Part shown: in pieces, positions 14,112-24,627 of the stretch
Layout: each line of letters begins with the position of its first letter
Position numbering within the stretch: the first letter of the stretch is position 1
Assembly (NCBI GenBank): GCA_022813865.1
Contig: JALDZX010000003.1
Coordinates: 124,001-188,000 of the forward strand
From: Xylographa opegraphella
Lineage: Eukaryota
DNA: 64,000 nucleotides
Direction of reading: 5' to 3'
Notes under the pieces: generated by a model
Told to the model about the DNA's origin: nothing
The model's input: the letters and a program-made list of their open reading frames with translations, nothing else
The model's database searches: none
Translations under genes and position numbers: made by a program

Positions 14112-14127
14112 ACGCGTCGCAACGCGT
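14112..14127. promoter_or_regulatory. Two MluI cell-cycle boxes (ACGCGT) upstream of TOF1
   Basis: ACGCGT at 14112-14117 and 14122-14127, 10 bp apart, 60-75 bp upstream of the TOF1 ATG. Confidence 0.6.
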
Positions 14128-14186
14128 CCGCCAAAGCCTCAGCTTAAGTGAACAGTCGCGATGTCAGTGGGAAGAGTATTATAGCA

Positions 14187-17100
14187 ATGGACGACGACAG
14201 CGTACCTCGTGGCGTTGTGGACCCCGAAGTCCGCGCATATGTATATAGCCTCGTATCCGCGGTATGTACCATTGCTGTCCAAAAACTGTTGTACGAGCTA
14301 AATCGAAGGGCAGCTTGGGGGCACTGGTGCAGATGAAGAAGGCCGTTATGTTCTCGGTGACGATGCATTGGCATGTCTAAAAGATATCAAGCGATGGTTG
14401 AAGCTGTACGATGAGAAAGCCAACCGCCTGGACGTTGCAAGATGTTTGGCAGAGGCGAACCTGGTCAAGGGAGACTTGCTGGAGATTCTGGCTGCTTGGC
14501 CTGAGGATGCTACAGAGGATAGAGTCCAGTCAAAGATTGCGTCGGCTTGTTGTTCGTATTTCTCTTTCCCTTTGAATAGGCACTATAGTTGACATTTCAG
14601 TGGAAATACTGGTCCCTCTCACATGGCCAATCGAAAAAATTGAGCTTCAAACCACTATCAATCATCACCGCCATATCCCTTATCTCCAGCTAGCACAGAT
14701 CTCTTACAAAAGGGAGATACTCGAGCATGCGTCCTCTTCTATATTGCGCACGGCTGTGCGGATCGGCCTTCCTTCGATAGCTTTGCCCATTGGTGAGCGA
14801 GGATCCCGTGATGAAGGCATCATCAAGCTACTGCTATATTTCTTCAGAAACATCGTCATGATATCCGCCCCTCAAGATTTACCAGTAGAATGGAACGAGG
14901 CTGAGGTATCAAGATCTGCAACAATTCAAGGCTTCCATCAACAGGAAGTTTTTGCTTTACTCTTGACTATTGCATCTAACATGGGAGAAGATTTCAATAC
15001 TCAGGATGTCATTGTTCTGGAGATCCTGTTTTCTCTATTGAAGGGTATTGATATCGAGAAACTATTCATGAATGAGGCACAAATGGAGGCTAAAAAGTCG
15101 AGCGACCTTCAAGGGCTGATGGCAAAGGAAGCGGCTATGCTGAGAGGCTATGCTAAGAATGCCGCCACCAGGCACAACCGATTTGGCACAATGATATGGG
15201 TTAAGCGGGATGATGAACGAATGTCCTCAGTTTCCGGGCAGGACGTCCTCTCGAACAGTCAAAAAACCCTATTAAAGATGGATCAGAGTAAGAAATGGAA
15301 TCGACCAAGGCAACGTGGCAGAAACGCTGAGCAAGACCCGAATCATTACGATATCCCAATTCCTCTCACGCCATCAGCAAGCGATAGTTTGAGGTCTTTC
15401 GTTGAAGAATTCCTAGACTCGGGCTTTAATCCGCTGTTCAGTCATCTTAGGAGGGCCATTGAGCGAGAGGCAGACCGAGTACTCGAGGTGCACGCTCAGC
15501 AGTATTTCTATCTCGTTTCGTGGTTTCTCGAGGCGGAGCGTGTACGTAGAAAGAGCAAGCAAGGCAAGCTTGACAAGAAGTCTCAAGCTACAGAACCGCC
15601 TTACGAAGCCGATAGTTTCGGTATTGTTGCCAGTGTGCTGAACCAAGAGACGTTCATTCTGCTCAATCGTTTCATGCAAGACCGACTAGATCTCAAGTCT
15701 TGGCATGAAGTAAACGCAGGCATGAGATGCTTCACTCAGATTCTATATACCGTTCAGGAAATGGCAGAGTCGAATCTTGAAGAGGATCAAGAGATAGCCG
15801 AGAACATCCAGAACCGAATTTTCTACGAAGAAACAACGCATGATAGGATTCTTGCTATACTCCGCGGCTACAAAGATCAAGGCTTCAGCTATCTTGAGGC
15901 CGCCACCGAACTCTCCCACGTCTTTCTACGAATGCTCGAGCGATACTCGAAAGAAAACGTTGATCTGCAAATACGTTCGCGCAGAAGAGCTCGAAAACTA
16001 AAGAAAGTAACTACATCAGAGGGCGAGGCCCAAGACACTACAGCAGATCAAGACTCTGAAGCTGAGGATGTCGCAGAAGTACAGCGGGTATCAAAAGAGC
16101 GGAAGTTTGATTTTTCTCGTTTCTCATCCAAGTTCCTCACACAAAGCTGCATCGACACATTTGTTGTATTCACCTCCTATTATAAGGACCTCAGTACTGA
16201 TCAGCTTAAGCGAGCTCACCGCTTTTTCTATCGAGTAGCTTTCAAGCAAGAGATGAGCGTCATGCTGTTCAGGGTCGACATAATAGCGCTGTTTCACAGA
16301 ATGATGAAAGGACCCGAAGCCCTTAACGCAGCTAGTCCTATGTTCAGAGAATGGGACGCGCTTGCCAGGCAATTAATCAGACGGATGATTAAAAAGCTTC
16401 AGCAGAGACCAGAATTGGCTGTCGAAATGCTGTTCAGCAAGATCAACTCCACGGTATTTTATCTCGAATACGGTTACGAGAAGCAAACCATTACCACCAA
16501 ACCGCGAGCACCGGCGGAGCTTGAAGTCAAGGGTGGCTTAAGTCGTGACGAACAAATTGCAGTGATTGTTGCAGTGCTTCACGAGGACAAGCTCGACGCA
16601 ATTGACTTCGTAAAAAATGCATTGAAATCCGTCATTGATGAGAGACGTAGCTGGGAGGCTGAAGCCGAAGCTAGAAACATCCTCAATAGCGAGAATGGAC
16701 AGGACACTGAGAATGAGAAAGACTCTTTCAAGGCTCCGTCAACCAGTGGGGATATCTAGCTGCAGTGCTTATTTTGACTTGCTAACCTCGTGATAGTTGT
16801 AAAACCCGACAACGACCAACGCAAGATTGCGATGTTCAAAGATAATAAGCTACGGCTCCTGATGACGTTGGCAGGATTCGAACGCATCGGACCTGATGAT
16901 GATCCTGACTGTACTTGGATTGTGCCATCCCAATTGACGTCTGTGCAGTTGCAGGAAACGTTTGATATGATCGAAAAGTCTCGGAATGACCCCATCACAC
17001 AGTATGGCAGCGAGGATCCGGTACCGGTGGATGAGATGCTTCGGCGAAAGACAGTAATCCGTCCGCGAGCAGAATTTGACGACGATTCTGAAGGAGACGG

Positions 17101-17848
17101 CATTGCTACCGACGGGGAGGAAGAGTTTCTTTTCCCTGCTGGAGGCCCTACCAATCGCAAATCCGATGCTCTAGCTGAACTCAAGAAGAAGAGGCGGAAG
17201 CGTAGGCGTGACAATACCTCTGATGTCGAGGTTGACGACGATGAAGCACGAGATGCCAAGAGGAAGGCCAGGGCGTTGGCTGATCTCGAGAAGCGGCGAA
17301 AGCTCAAGAGTGAGGTGCTTGTACACGATAGTGATGACGAGGATGACGAAGAGCGGGATCGTGAATTCTTTGCTAGAGAAGCGGAGAGGAGGAAGGGACA
17401 ATCCCTAAAGGTCCTCCAAGCCTTGAAAGTAGCCAAAGTGGACGGTAGCGATACATCAACTAGCAAGAAGCGGAAGCGCACCGAAGGAGGCTATCCGCGA
17501 AGGAAGAAGTCCAGATATAGCGATACCGAATCCGGTTCAGAAATGGATGTACTGCCACGGGTGCGAGACGTACGTTCCTCTCCAGATCCAGAAGACCAGG
17601 ATCCAAGTAGCGATGATGACAATGACTCGGAAACCCCGTTGTCTTCACCGCAGAACAATCCCCTGACTGAGATCGAGCTTAACAAAGCATTATTGCAACG
17701 AAACACAGATAGCTCTGCTATCGAGAAGGTACCGATACTGGCAATGGATGGGGAGGATAAAGAGGAAGAGGACGAGGCAATGCTTCTCCCTAGTAGTACT
17801 CGAATGCGAGGAAGACTCGCAGTGCTCGATGATAGTGACGACGACTAG
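14187..17848 (+). CDS. TOF1: Topoisomerase 1-associated factor 1 (Timeless/Swi1), replication fork protection complex; 4 exons
   Basis: VDPEVRAYVYSLVSA-LGG..YVLGDDALACLKDIKRWLKLYDEK, ILVPLTWP, TRHNRFGTMIW, EEFLDSGFNPLF, AENIQNRIFYEE, AHRFFYRVAFK, followed by an acidic/basic tail. Confidence 0.96.
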
Positions 17849-18425
17849 ATACCCAGATTATAGTACCTCAATTCACTTTCATTGTCCAGTTGTCGTGCTT
17901 TTCCGTCCTTCCTCGGTCACCCATTCTTCACGGCAGGACAAAGCCAAGGCAGAATGGAGCAGGATACAAGTCACTGCAAGCATTCACGGACCATGACGAC
18001 TCCACCAGCGATATGTCTGTGTGCTTCAAATGTCTTCTGCTCCTGTAGTTCCTTCTGTCCAGACAACAATTGTCCCCTCTGTATCTATGAAGCCATTTAG
18101 TTTAGTGTCGCGGCGCTGAATCAGCGCTCAGAAGTACTCATTCTCGGTGGCGGTTCTCGTCATGCGTTCTAGTACTTCAACCTAGTTTTCTTCCTTTTCC
18201 TCCGTCTCTCCTACAACATCGCAGAACGGACTTCCAACTCATCGCGAAGTCATCACCACCACCACCTTTCATCATAAATCCGAGCCACTATCACCCTCCA
18301 TCATACTTCCGTGCCACTACCGCAGCCAGGAGGTCAAGTACGTCTCTAGTCGTAACAAGATCTCCATAAGCAAGGTAAAGATCACCAACACGTGTTGACA
18401 CTCACGATCACTGACAAACGACAGA

Positions 18426-19498
18426 ATGTCTGCACCACCGCCATCACCCCTTCCTCCCAACCGACCCTTCCCCCCTGTGCCCAGTGCCACCGGCAATGCA
18501 GCTAGAGCACCACCTCCCCTCCCTCCTCGCCACGACGCGTCGTTGCCAGCTTCTGCGTTCAACACCACCTCTCCCGCCTCTTCCAGCATGCCATCAATGC
18601 CGACGATAGGAGAAAGTTCCCGTCTGCAGTCGTTTTCTCCGCCTCCCACCCGCCTCCCACCCACCGCCACCCCTGCCGCCACCACCAGCATGCCGAAGAC
18701 CACCGCTGCGCCGACAGCCCTTTGTGGGCCCCCCTACCTTGTGCAGCCGCTGTACGTCAGCAAAGGCAAGAATCGAAAGGTGACCATCCTGGCGCCTGCG
18801 GGCAAGAAGCGCCGTGTGTCCGTGGAGGAGTTCAACCGGCTGAACCGGCACCTCGGTGCCACCACCAGCACCGTCGTGTTGTCGAGCATCGGCACCGACG
18901 AGGATCCCATGGTCGGTTCCAGTACCATGGCTGGCCGTCAAGCATCCCCGCCGCCGTCGCCAACACCAGCGCCCGCGAAGCTCTGGAGGCCGTCCACCCC
19001 GCCCGAGGACATGTGGCAGATTCCACTGGTGGTAAGTTCTCCTGTCCTGTTCCACGGCTTCCAAAGCTGACATGCCATCTCCAGCTCAGCACCGCGAAGA
19101 AGGAATCCTGGTGGCTGCGCGAAGCCCTGACCTACCGGCAGCGCCTCGCGAACGGAGACCTGCGCCGCGAGACCAGGTCCCTTGTCAAATCGGCTTCGAT
19201 GGCCGATCTGCTGGCTGAGCAAGAGGGACCCGACCGCGCCGAGCCTGTGGGCTTCATCGACGGCAAGGATCGGCTGATGGGGCTGGCCTTCGACTACCTC
19301 GAAGCGCAGGCGTGCGAAGAAGCTTGGCCGGGGTTGAGGGCGGCGAGGGCGGTGTGGGAGGGGCAGGAGGCGGAGAGACGAGCCAGCGACAAGGGCAAGC
19401 AGGCGGCTGGCCAGGATGCCGAGCCGAAGCTGGCATCGCTTGGCCGCCGCCTGCTCAAGAAGCCGTCCGCCTTCTTTCGGAAGCAGAGTGGCCAGTGA
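18426..19498 (+). CDS. Hypothetical Pro-rich protein (exons 18426-19031, 19085-19498)
   Basis: A canonical 53-nt intron (GTAAGT..GCTGAC..CAG) joins two long ORFs in frame. A probable 5'-UTR intron ends CTGAC..CAG just before the ATG. No family recognised. Confidence 0.65.
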
Positions 19499-19919
19499 TG
19501 TGGCAACAGGGCGATTGATTATATAATGAGTGCAGGATCCTGTGGCTTCTTGTTTTGTCTTTTTTTATTTTTTTTTTCAAAAGTACCATGTTTCCTTGTT
19601 CATTTTCTCCGGCTTCGGCTGGATCTGTATTCTATTTGTTGTTGTTGTTTGTTGTTTGTTTGTTCCCCCGCTTGGGGGAGCAGAAGCTCAAACCATCTCA
19701 CCTCTGCCTCGATCACTGATCTGTCCTGACATGTGATATGAAGTAGAAACGATCTCGAAGATGTCAGAGTCACCCGAAGCATGATACGTAACGGGAAAAA
19801 TTGTAACCTTGTTGGTATTGAAAATGCAGATCAACTATGAAATACCAACATACCAAAAGCCTGCACTGCAAATTTTGCCTTCAAACACCGCCTATATCAT
19901 CCCGTTCCACTCCCAAGTC

Positions 19920-21504
19920 CTAACTCCCGGCAATTTTCTTCGGCCTGTTCTTCAGATACGCCGCTACTTGCTCATACCTCGTCACGAAAAACATTCTCCT
20001 ATTCTCATTCTTCCACACGGACACTCCGATTTCCTCTGCATACTTGCTGCACGCCTCGTAGTCGGCTGTTGTCAAGAAGTCTTTGAAGAGAAAGCCAGGT
20101 GTGGCTTTCATCCGTTCACCTTCGATCTGCCACAATCGAATTTGATCAACCACAGTGGCAGGCAGAATAGGGTTGTTCTTCCGCATCTGCGGGTGAGCGT
20201 GGGTTGCCAGAAAGCTGATGATCTGTTCACTAGTGATGCCCATGGCGACGGCGTGGCGGATGGATTCACGAGTGATCTTTCCGGCAACCATGTTAGGATA
20301 GCGAGTGGAGAGACGCGTGAAAAGCTGCAGAATGGCGATCTGAAGCTGAGACGTTGTGTAGGCATAGACACGGTAGTTCGTTTCGATGACTATGAAGCCT
20401 TTACCGTCCGGGGAGCGAAGAGCATTGTCGAAGCCAGCGGAGGCACTTCGAAGGGCACCAGAATCAGAGGTCAGAGTGGTTGCAAGGCGGGTAGGGTAGA
20501 AGCGGCTGGAGGTGGTAGCGTGCTGATAAACAATGCCGAAGTCAGAAAGGTCATCCAGCATCTGAAGTTGGGTAGGAGTAAGAGTGGCTTTGCTGTAGTC
20601 TTGACCCAGTTCGAGACTGCCGAGCATGAAGAGGAAGGAAAGGACGTCAACGGAGTCCATGTTCATCTGGAGAAAGATCAACGTCAGCGACCTCGCCACT
20701 CTTGAGAGATACACTTATTGGGAAAACGGATCACTCACCTCCTCGGCAGCATCAAGATAGTATATCAGAACCGTCCACACCTGTGCATTGACCTCTTGTA
20801 AAATGAAGGCAAATCCTTCTTGAGTAATTTCAGCCTTCGATAGTCTCTGCTTGACCAAGCCTCCATCTTTCAGCAGCTTCTTGACTCCATCGCTCAGCCT
20901 GACACCCTCATCTACCAGACTTGCGCCAGCGCTACCAACCATATAGCCCAGCACGCCTTCCCACTGCCTCCGCGCATATTCATCAAGCTCGGCCACACTA
21001 ATCGGGTTCTTGTCTGGAGTGTTACATGGCACGCCAAATGAATTATGGTTCCCGCCGCCTGTCAGTGCAAGCCGCAAAGACCCCAGGAAAGGGTTTGTGA
21101 TGATATAGGCTCGAGGTTTCCCAGGATCGGCTGTGACTCGTAAGATATGGAGTCGCTCCAGAAGGTTGATTGCTTGGTCTCGGTCTCTGATCCTTTATGG
21201 TTAGTTCTATGCTACAATATCGATGACTGATCGCACCGTCTACTGTCGGGTCGGACCCAAGATTCCAGATCAGTGACTGAGAGCGAGTGGCCAATATACA
21301 GCATCGCCATTACAAAGGTCTTGGCTTAGCCCACCGTCTGTCAGTATGACGGCATACAGACCAAGAGCAATGCTGCATACCCAAATGAGTGAGCATGCGC
21401 CGAAAGATAGCGAGAGCTGTGGAAGGCTGCTGGTAAAGCCTATTGAAAACGGTACCAGGGAGACTTTCGAGGTACTCGAAAGACCGAAGGGAAGAGCCCG
21501 ACAT
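19920..21504 (-). CDS. TFB2: TFIIH core subunit Tfb2 (p52/GTF2H4); 4 exons
   Basis: EYLESLPGTVFNRLYQQPSTALAIFRRML, ITQEGFAFIL, DFGIVY, FYPTRLA, GFIVIETNYRVYAYT and LPATVVDQIRLWQIEGERM. Confidence 0.96.
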
Positions 21505-22693
21505 CCTGACTTCTTGAGGACGATAACTGAATGTTAACTGTCTATCATCGTATATTGCATAGGACAGTTGCCCGGAACAATGCAATCCCACCCACAGACC
21601 GAAAGTCGGGCTTAACGCCAATAAATGTGAGCAGTCTCAGCAGTCGAGCGCGGTTAGAAGGCTTGACGCGGTCCGCTAGGAGTGGCCGCTTTAGCGGGTG
21701 AATTAGCCAATTAGGTGACGAGGAAGGGGGCCTAAGGAGCCAAAGGTATTCTTACTTGGAGGTGATGTGACAGCCCGGGAGATTATGCCTTTACACATCT
21801 CTTCAAGCATCGAGACAACCGCTCATGCCTCTCTATGTCTTTCCATCTCTTCTGCACTGCTGAGTGGGATAAGTGGGTCTTTGGGCTCGTCATTATCGGC
21901 ACGAGGATGTTTGAATACTCCATCTGTCGTTTAGGGTGCTTGCTTTGTTACCCCTAAAGAGAGAACAAGAAATCGTTACCATGTTACTTTTAATGAGGTT
22001 CAATCTCATGGACTCTGACAAATCGATTACTAGCTTTTTTCATATGCAATATGCTTAGTATCTGGTTTCATGTACTTCGTGCGTCGATAGTTCTTGTGAA
22101 GTCACTCGTTTTGCCGGTTCAACTCCATGATATCTGCAACCTCATACTTTCCCTCGGCACATCTCTACCCTGGATTTCGAGAACAGTGCTTAGGGGGGAG
22201 ATCCAAAACCGTGACCGTCATACGTCGCTATAGCGTCTATGCCGCCGAGTCATTGGTGGCCAAGATCGTTGTGATGTGCACAAAGTGTTCTCCAGAAATT
22301 CCTCGACAATGAGAACTAGCGTATGCGACAAAGCAGATCAAAGGCTACACAAATTCAAGGTGTTATCTAAGAATACGATTCTAGGTCGCCCCTTCGTTGT
22401 CAATCTACGGTATTTCTTGACAACGACGAGGTACTACGATCAATCATGACAGCTCTAACCCAGTCCCTAAAATGCCAAAGTGGACAAGCACATATAGCTC
22501 AACGCTCAGGATCCAAAGCCAAGACTACCTTATTCTGCCGCATTTGTCGTATGATATCGTATATCAACACCGTCATCAGTATCTGTAACCTCGATACGCC
22601 GCACGAATTCATCATCCAAACAATTAAAGTACACCGAAGTCGGCCCCTAGAACCCTAGCTCCCAAGACCCTCCTCACCCTCTCAACGCACCAC

Positions 22694-23119
22694 TCACAGC
22701 CCCAGCGGATTTTCCCCCGTCTGCTCCTTCCCTCCCACCCCCTCCCTCAGCTTCTCATCGTCCTTCCGCTCCTTATCCTCAGCCTTAAAACTCTCCTCCA
22801 TCTCGCTCGTATCCATGCCTCCCGCCCCCTGCCCAGTGATACCCCCAGCCGCTCTTCCGCCTTGCATGATGCCGTTATCAACCACCGAGCCCACCAGCCC
22901 TCCGACAGGCGCTCCGACGGCAGCGAGCCCCTTGCCCACCGGCTTACCCACAACGCCGAGGGTGCTGTCGACTTTGTCGCCAGCGGCGTTGCCGTAGGAT
23001 GAAAGGCCGAATCCTGTTGTCTTGTTAGATAGATACGTGGGTGAGGAAGGAGGCAAGCGCTTACCTTTCTCGCCAGTCTCTTGCGCGGGAACGTCTTCTT
23101 TCGTCTCGGAGTCTGCCAT
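22694..23119 (-). CDS. Small Gly-rich hydrophilic hypothetical protein (in-frame 51-nt intron 23064-23014)
   Basis: ATG at 23119; GTAAGC..CTAAC..CAG intron; Gly-rich amphipathic core and GGKEQTGENPLGL C-terminus that I recall from uncharacterised fungal proteins. Confidence 0.75.
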   Translation of the reverse strand: MADSETKEDVPAQETGEKGKRLPPSSPTYLSNKTTGFGLSSYGNAAGDKVDSTLGVVGKPVGKGLAAVGAPVGGLVGSVVDNGIMQGGRAAGGITGQGAGGMDTSEMEESFKAEDKERKDDEKLREGVGGKEQTGENPLGL

Positions 23120-23422
23120 TGTGCTCTGGTGATCTATAGCATGAACACGCTGGAATTAATTTGGAAAGCCAAGCCTAAAGTAGGGTACGAAGTATGCTGT
23201 TCATTGCGCTTATGACTTCCCTGCTCTGGATCCCCCGCAATGGCCTGGACGATCAAATGCTGGAACGCTGGGGCAACAAACCGATTGGACGTCAGCATGC
23301 AGCGGAAATACATTTATCCACTTGCCCTGGGAGTCTTGGCGAGGACCCGAATCAGCCTTATCAAGCTCGGCAGTCTTCGGCTTTCCTCCAACTGTTTCTC
23401 AAACGTGCAGCTCAATTGCACG

Positions 23423-24584
23423 ATGACTGCACTTAAATTCGTGAAATCAGTACGTGTGCAGCTCTTACGTAGCGTCAGGATGGCTTGCTGACTGTGAATT
23501 CCAGGTATGGGAGTCTTTCAGGGCAAATTCTGGGCTGGAGCCGAGGTCGGGCCCCTATCACTGTCGATGGGAAAAGCTACAGCTGATTCGTGTCGACAAG
23601 GTTGCTTAACAACGTAAGTATATCGATAATGTGAAGTTTTTAGCAAGGACATATACTGCGTATCTACTATCCATCTGGCATAGCGATGACTGCGCGTCGT
23701 CTCTGAGTACCGTTCGTTTTCGGTCTCATTTATCTTTGGGAAGCCCCGATGTTGAGATATAGCTTGCCAGCCTTTTCTCCGTCACTGACTACGGGCGTCC
23801 CGTTCTATGATTGTTAGAGCCTGGCTAACCTCCCGTTGTCTAGCTCCGCGTCACAGCTGCCCGACCCGGCACCGTGAACTTCGAGCTCGATATCCAAAAA
23901 GAGCATACCGTAAGCCACCCGTTCTAATTCCTTGCCCTTTTCCGATAGCGCTAAGGCATGCAGAACCGCCTCGGCATACTCCACGGTGGCACGATCGCCA
24001 GCATGGGTACGCTGTCCAATTCCCGCTTTCGTGCTCTTGGTGTCAAATGATTCACGATCTCGTAGTGGACCTCGGCGGCTCTCTCGCGGTCGCATCGAAA
24101 GGACTGTTTGCCACTGGGGTTTCCACGGATCTGAGCGGTAAGGAGCCTTCTGCGGTCTAGAGCAAGATTCACCAGTAACGGGGTCGTGAGTGGTCAGTGA
24201 CGTACTTGAATTCCGGAGGAAAGATAGGGGATACGCTGCGGGCGGTAAGCTCTTGTTGGTGTCTACCGTAATGGCCAAGAGAGACGGCTGATAAAGAATA
24301 GGAAGTGACGTGTGACAAATGTGAGATCGTCTTACCGCGTATAATAAATCTATCTGTGGCCGTAGTACTGACAAGGTTTTGGCAGTCGGGAAGACGTTAG
24401 CTTACACGTCCATCAAGTTTCTCAATAGCAGGGACGAATTAGTCGCCAGGGGAAGTCATACAAAGTGCGCAGCCACAGTTGTAGAACGCGGCAATCGCTG
24501 ACATGCAACAGGTACGTCACGTTCGCTTGGAAAGATCCCAACAATATCGTTGAAGAGCTTTCGCCTCGTGCGGCTCCGAAGTGA
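23423..24584 (+). CDS. PaaI/hotdog-fold acyl-CoA thioesterase (ACOT13/THEM2-like), ~160 aa in 10 exons
   Basis: Not visible in the ORF track. Splicing nine GT-AG introns gives MTALKFVKS-VWESFRANSGLEPR-LLNN-LRVTAARPGTVNFELDIQKEHT-NRLGILHGGTIASM-VDLGGSLAVASKGLFATGVSTDLS-VTYLNSGGKIGDTLRA-EVTCDK-FGKTLAYTSIKFLNSRDELVARGSHTK-YVTFAWKDPNNIVEELSPRAAPK*, with the N..G.LHGG.....D catalytic motif. Confidence 0.92.
23675..23770 (+). ncRNA. Candidate structured intronic RNA (four-way junction) in thioesterase intron 3
   Basis: Closing stem CTGGCA(T)AGC/GCTTGCCAG encloses three adjacent hairpins, paired by eye. Function unverified. Confidence 0.3.
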
Positions 24585-24627
24585 AGGGCCATGCTAGATT
24601 ATTGTACATAAGCTTCCATACACCATT

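Noticed and set aside
19809..20705. 298-aa plus-strand ORF
   Set aside because: Antisense shadow of TFB2.
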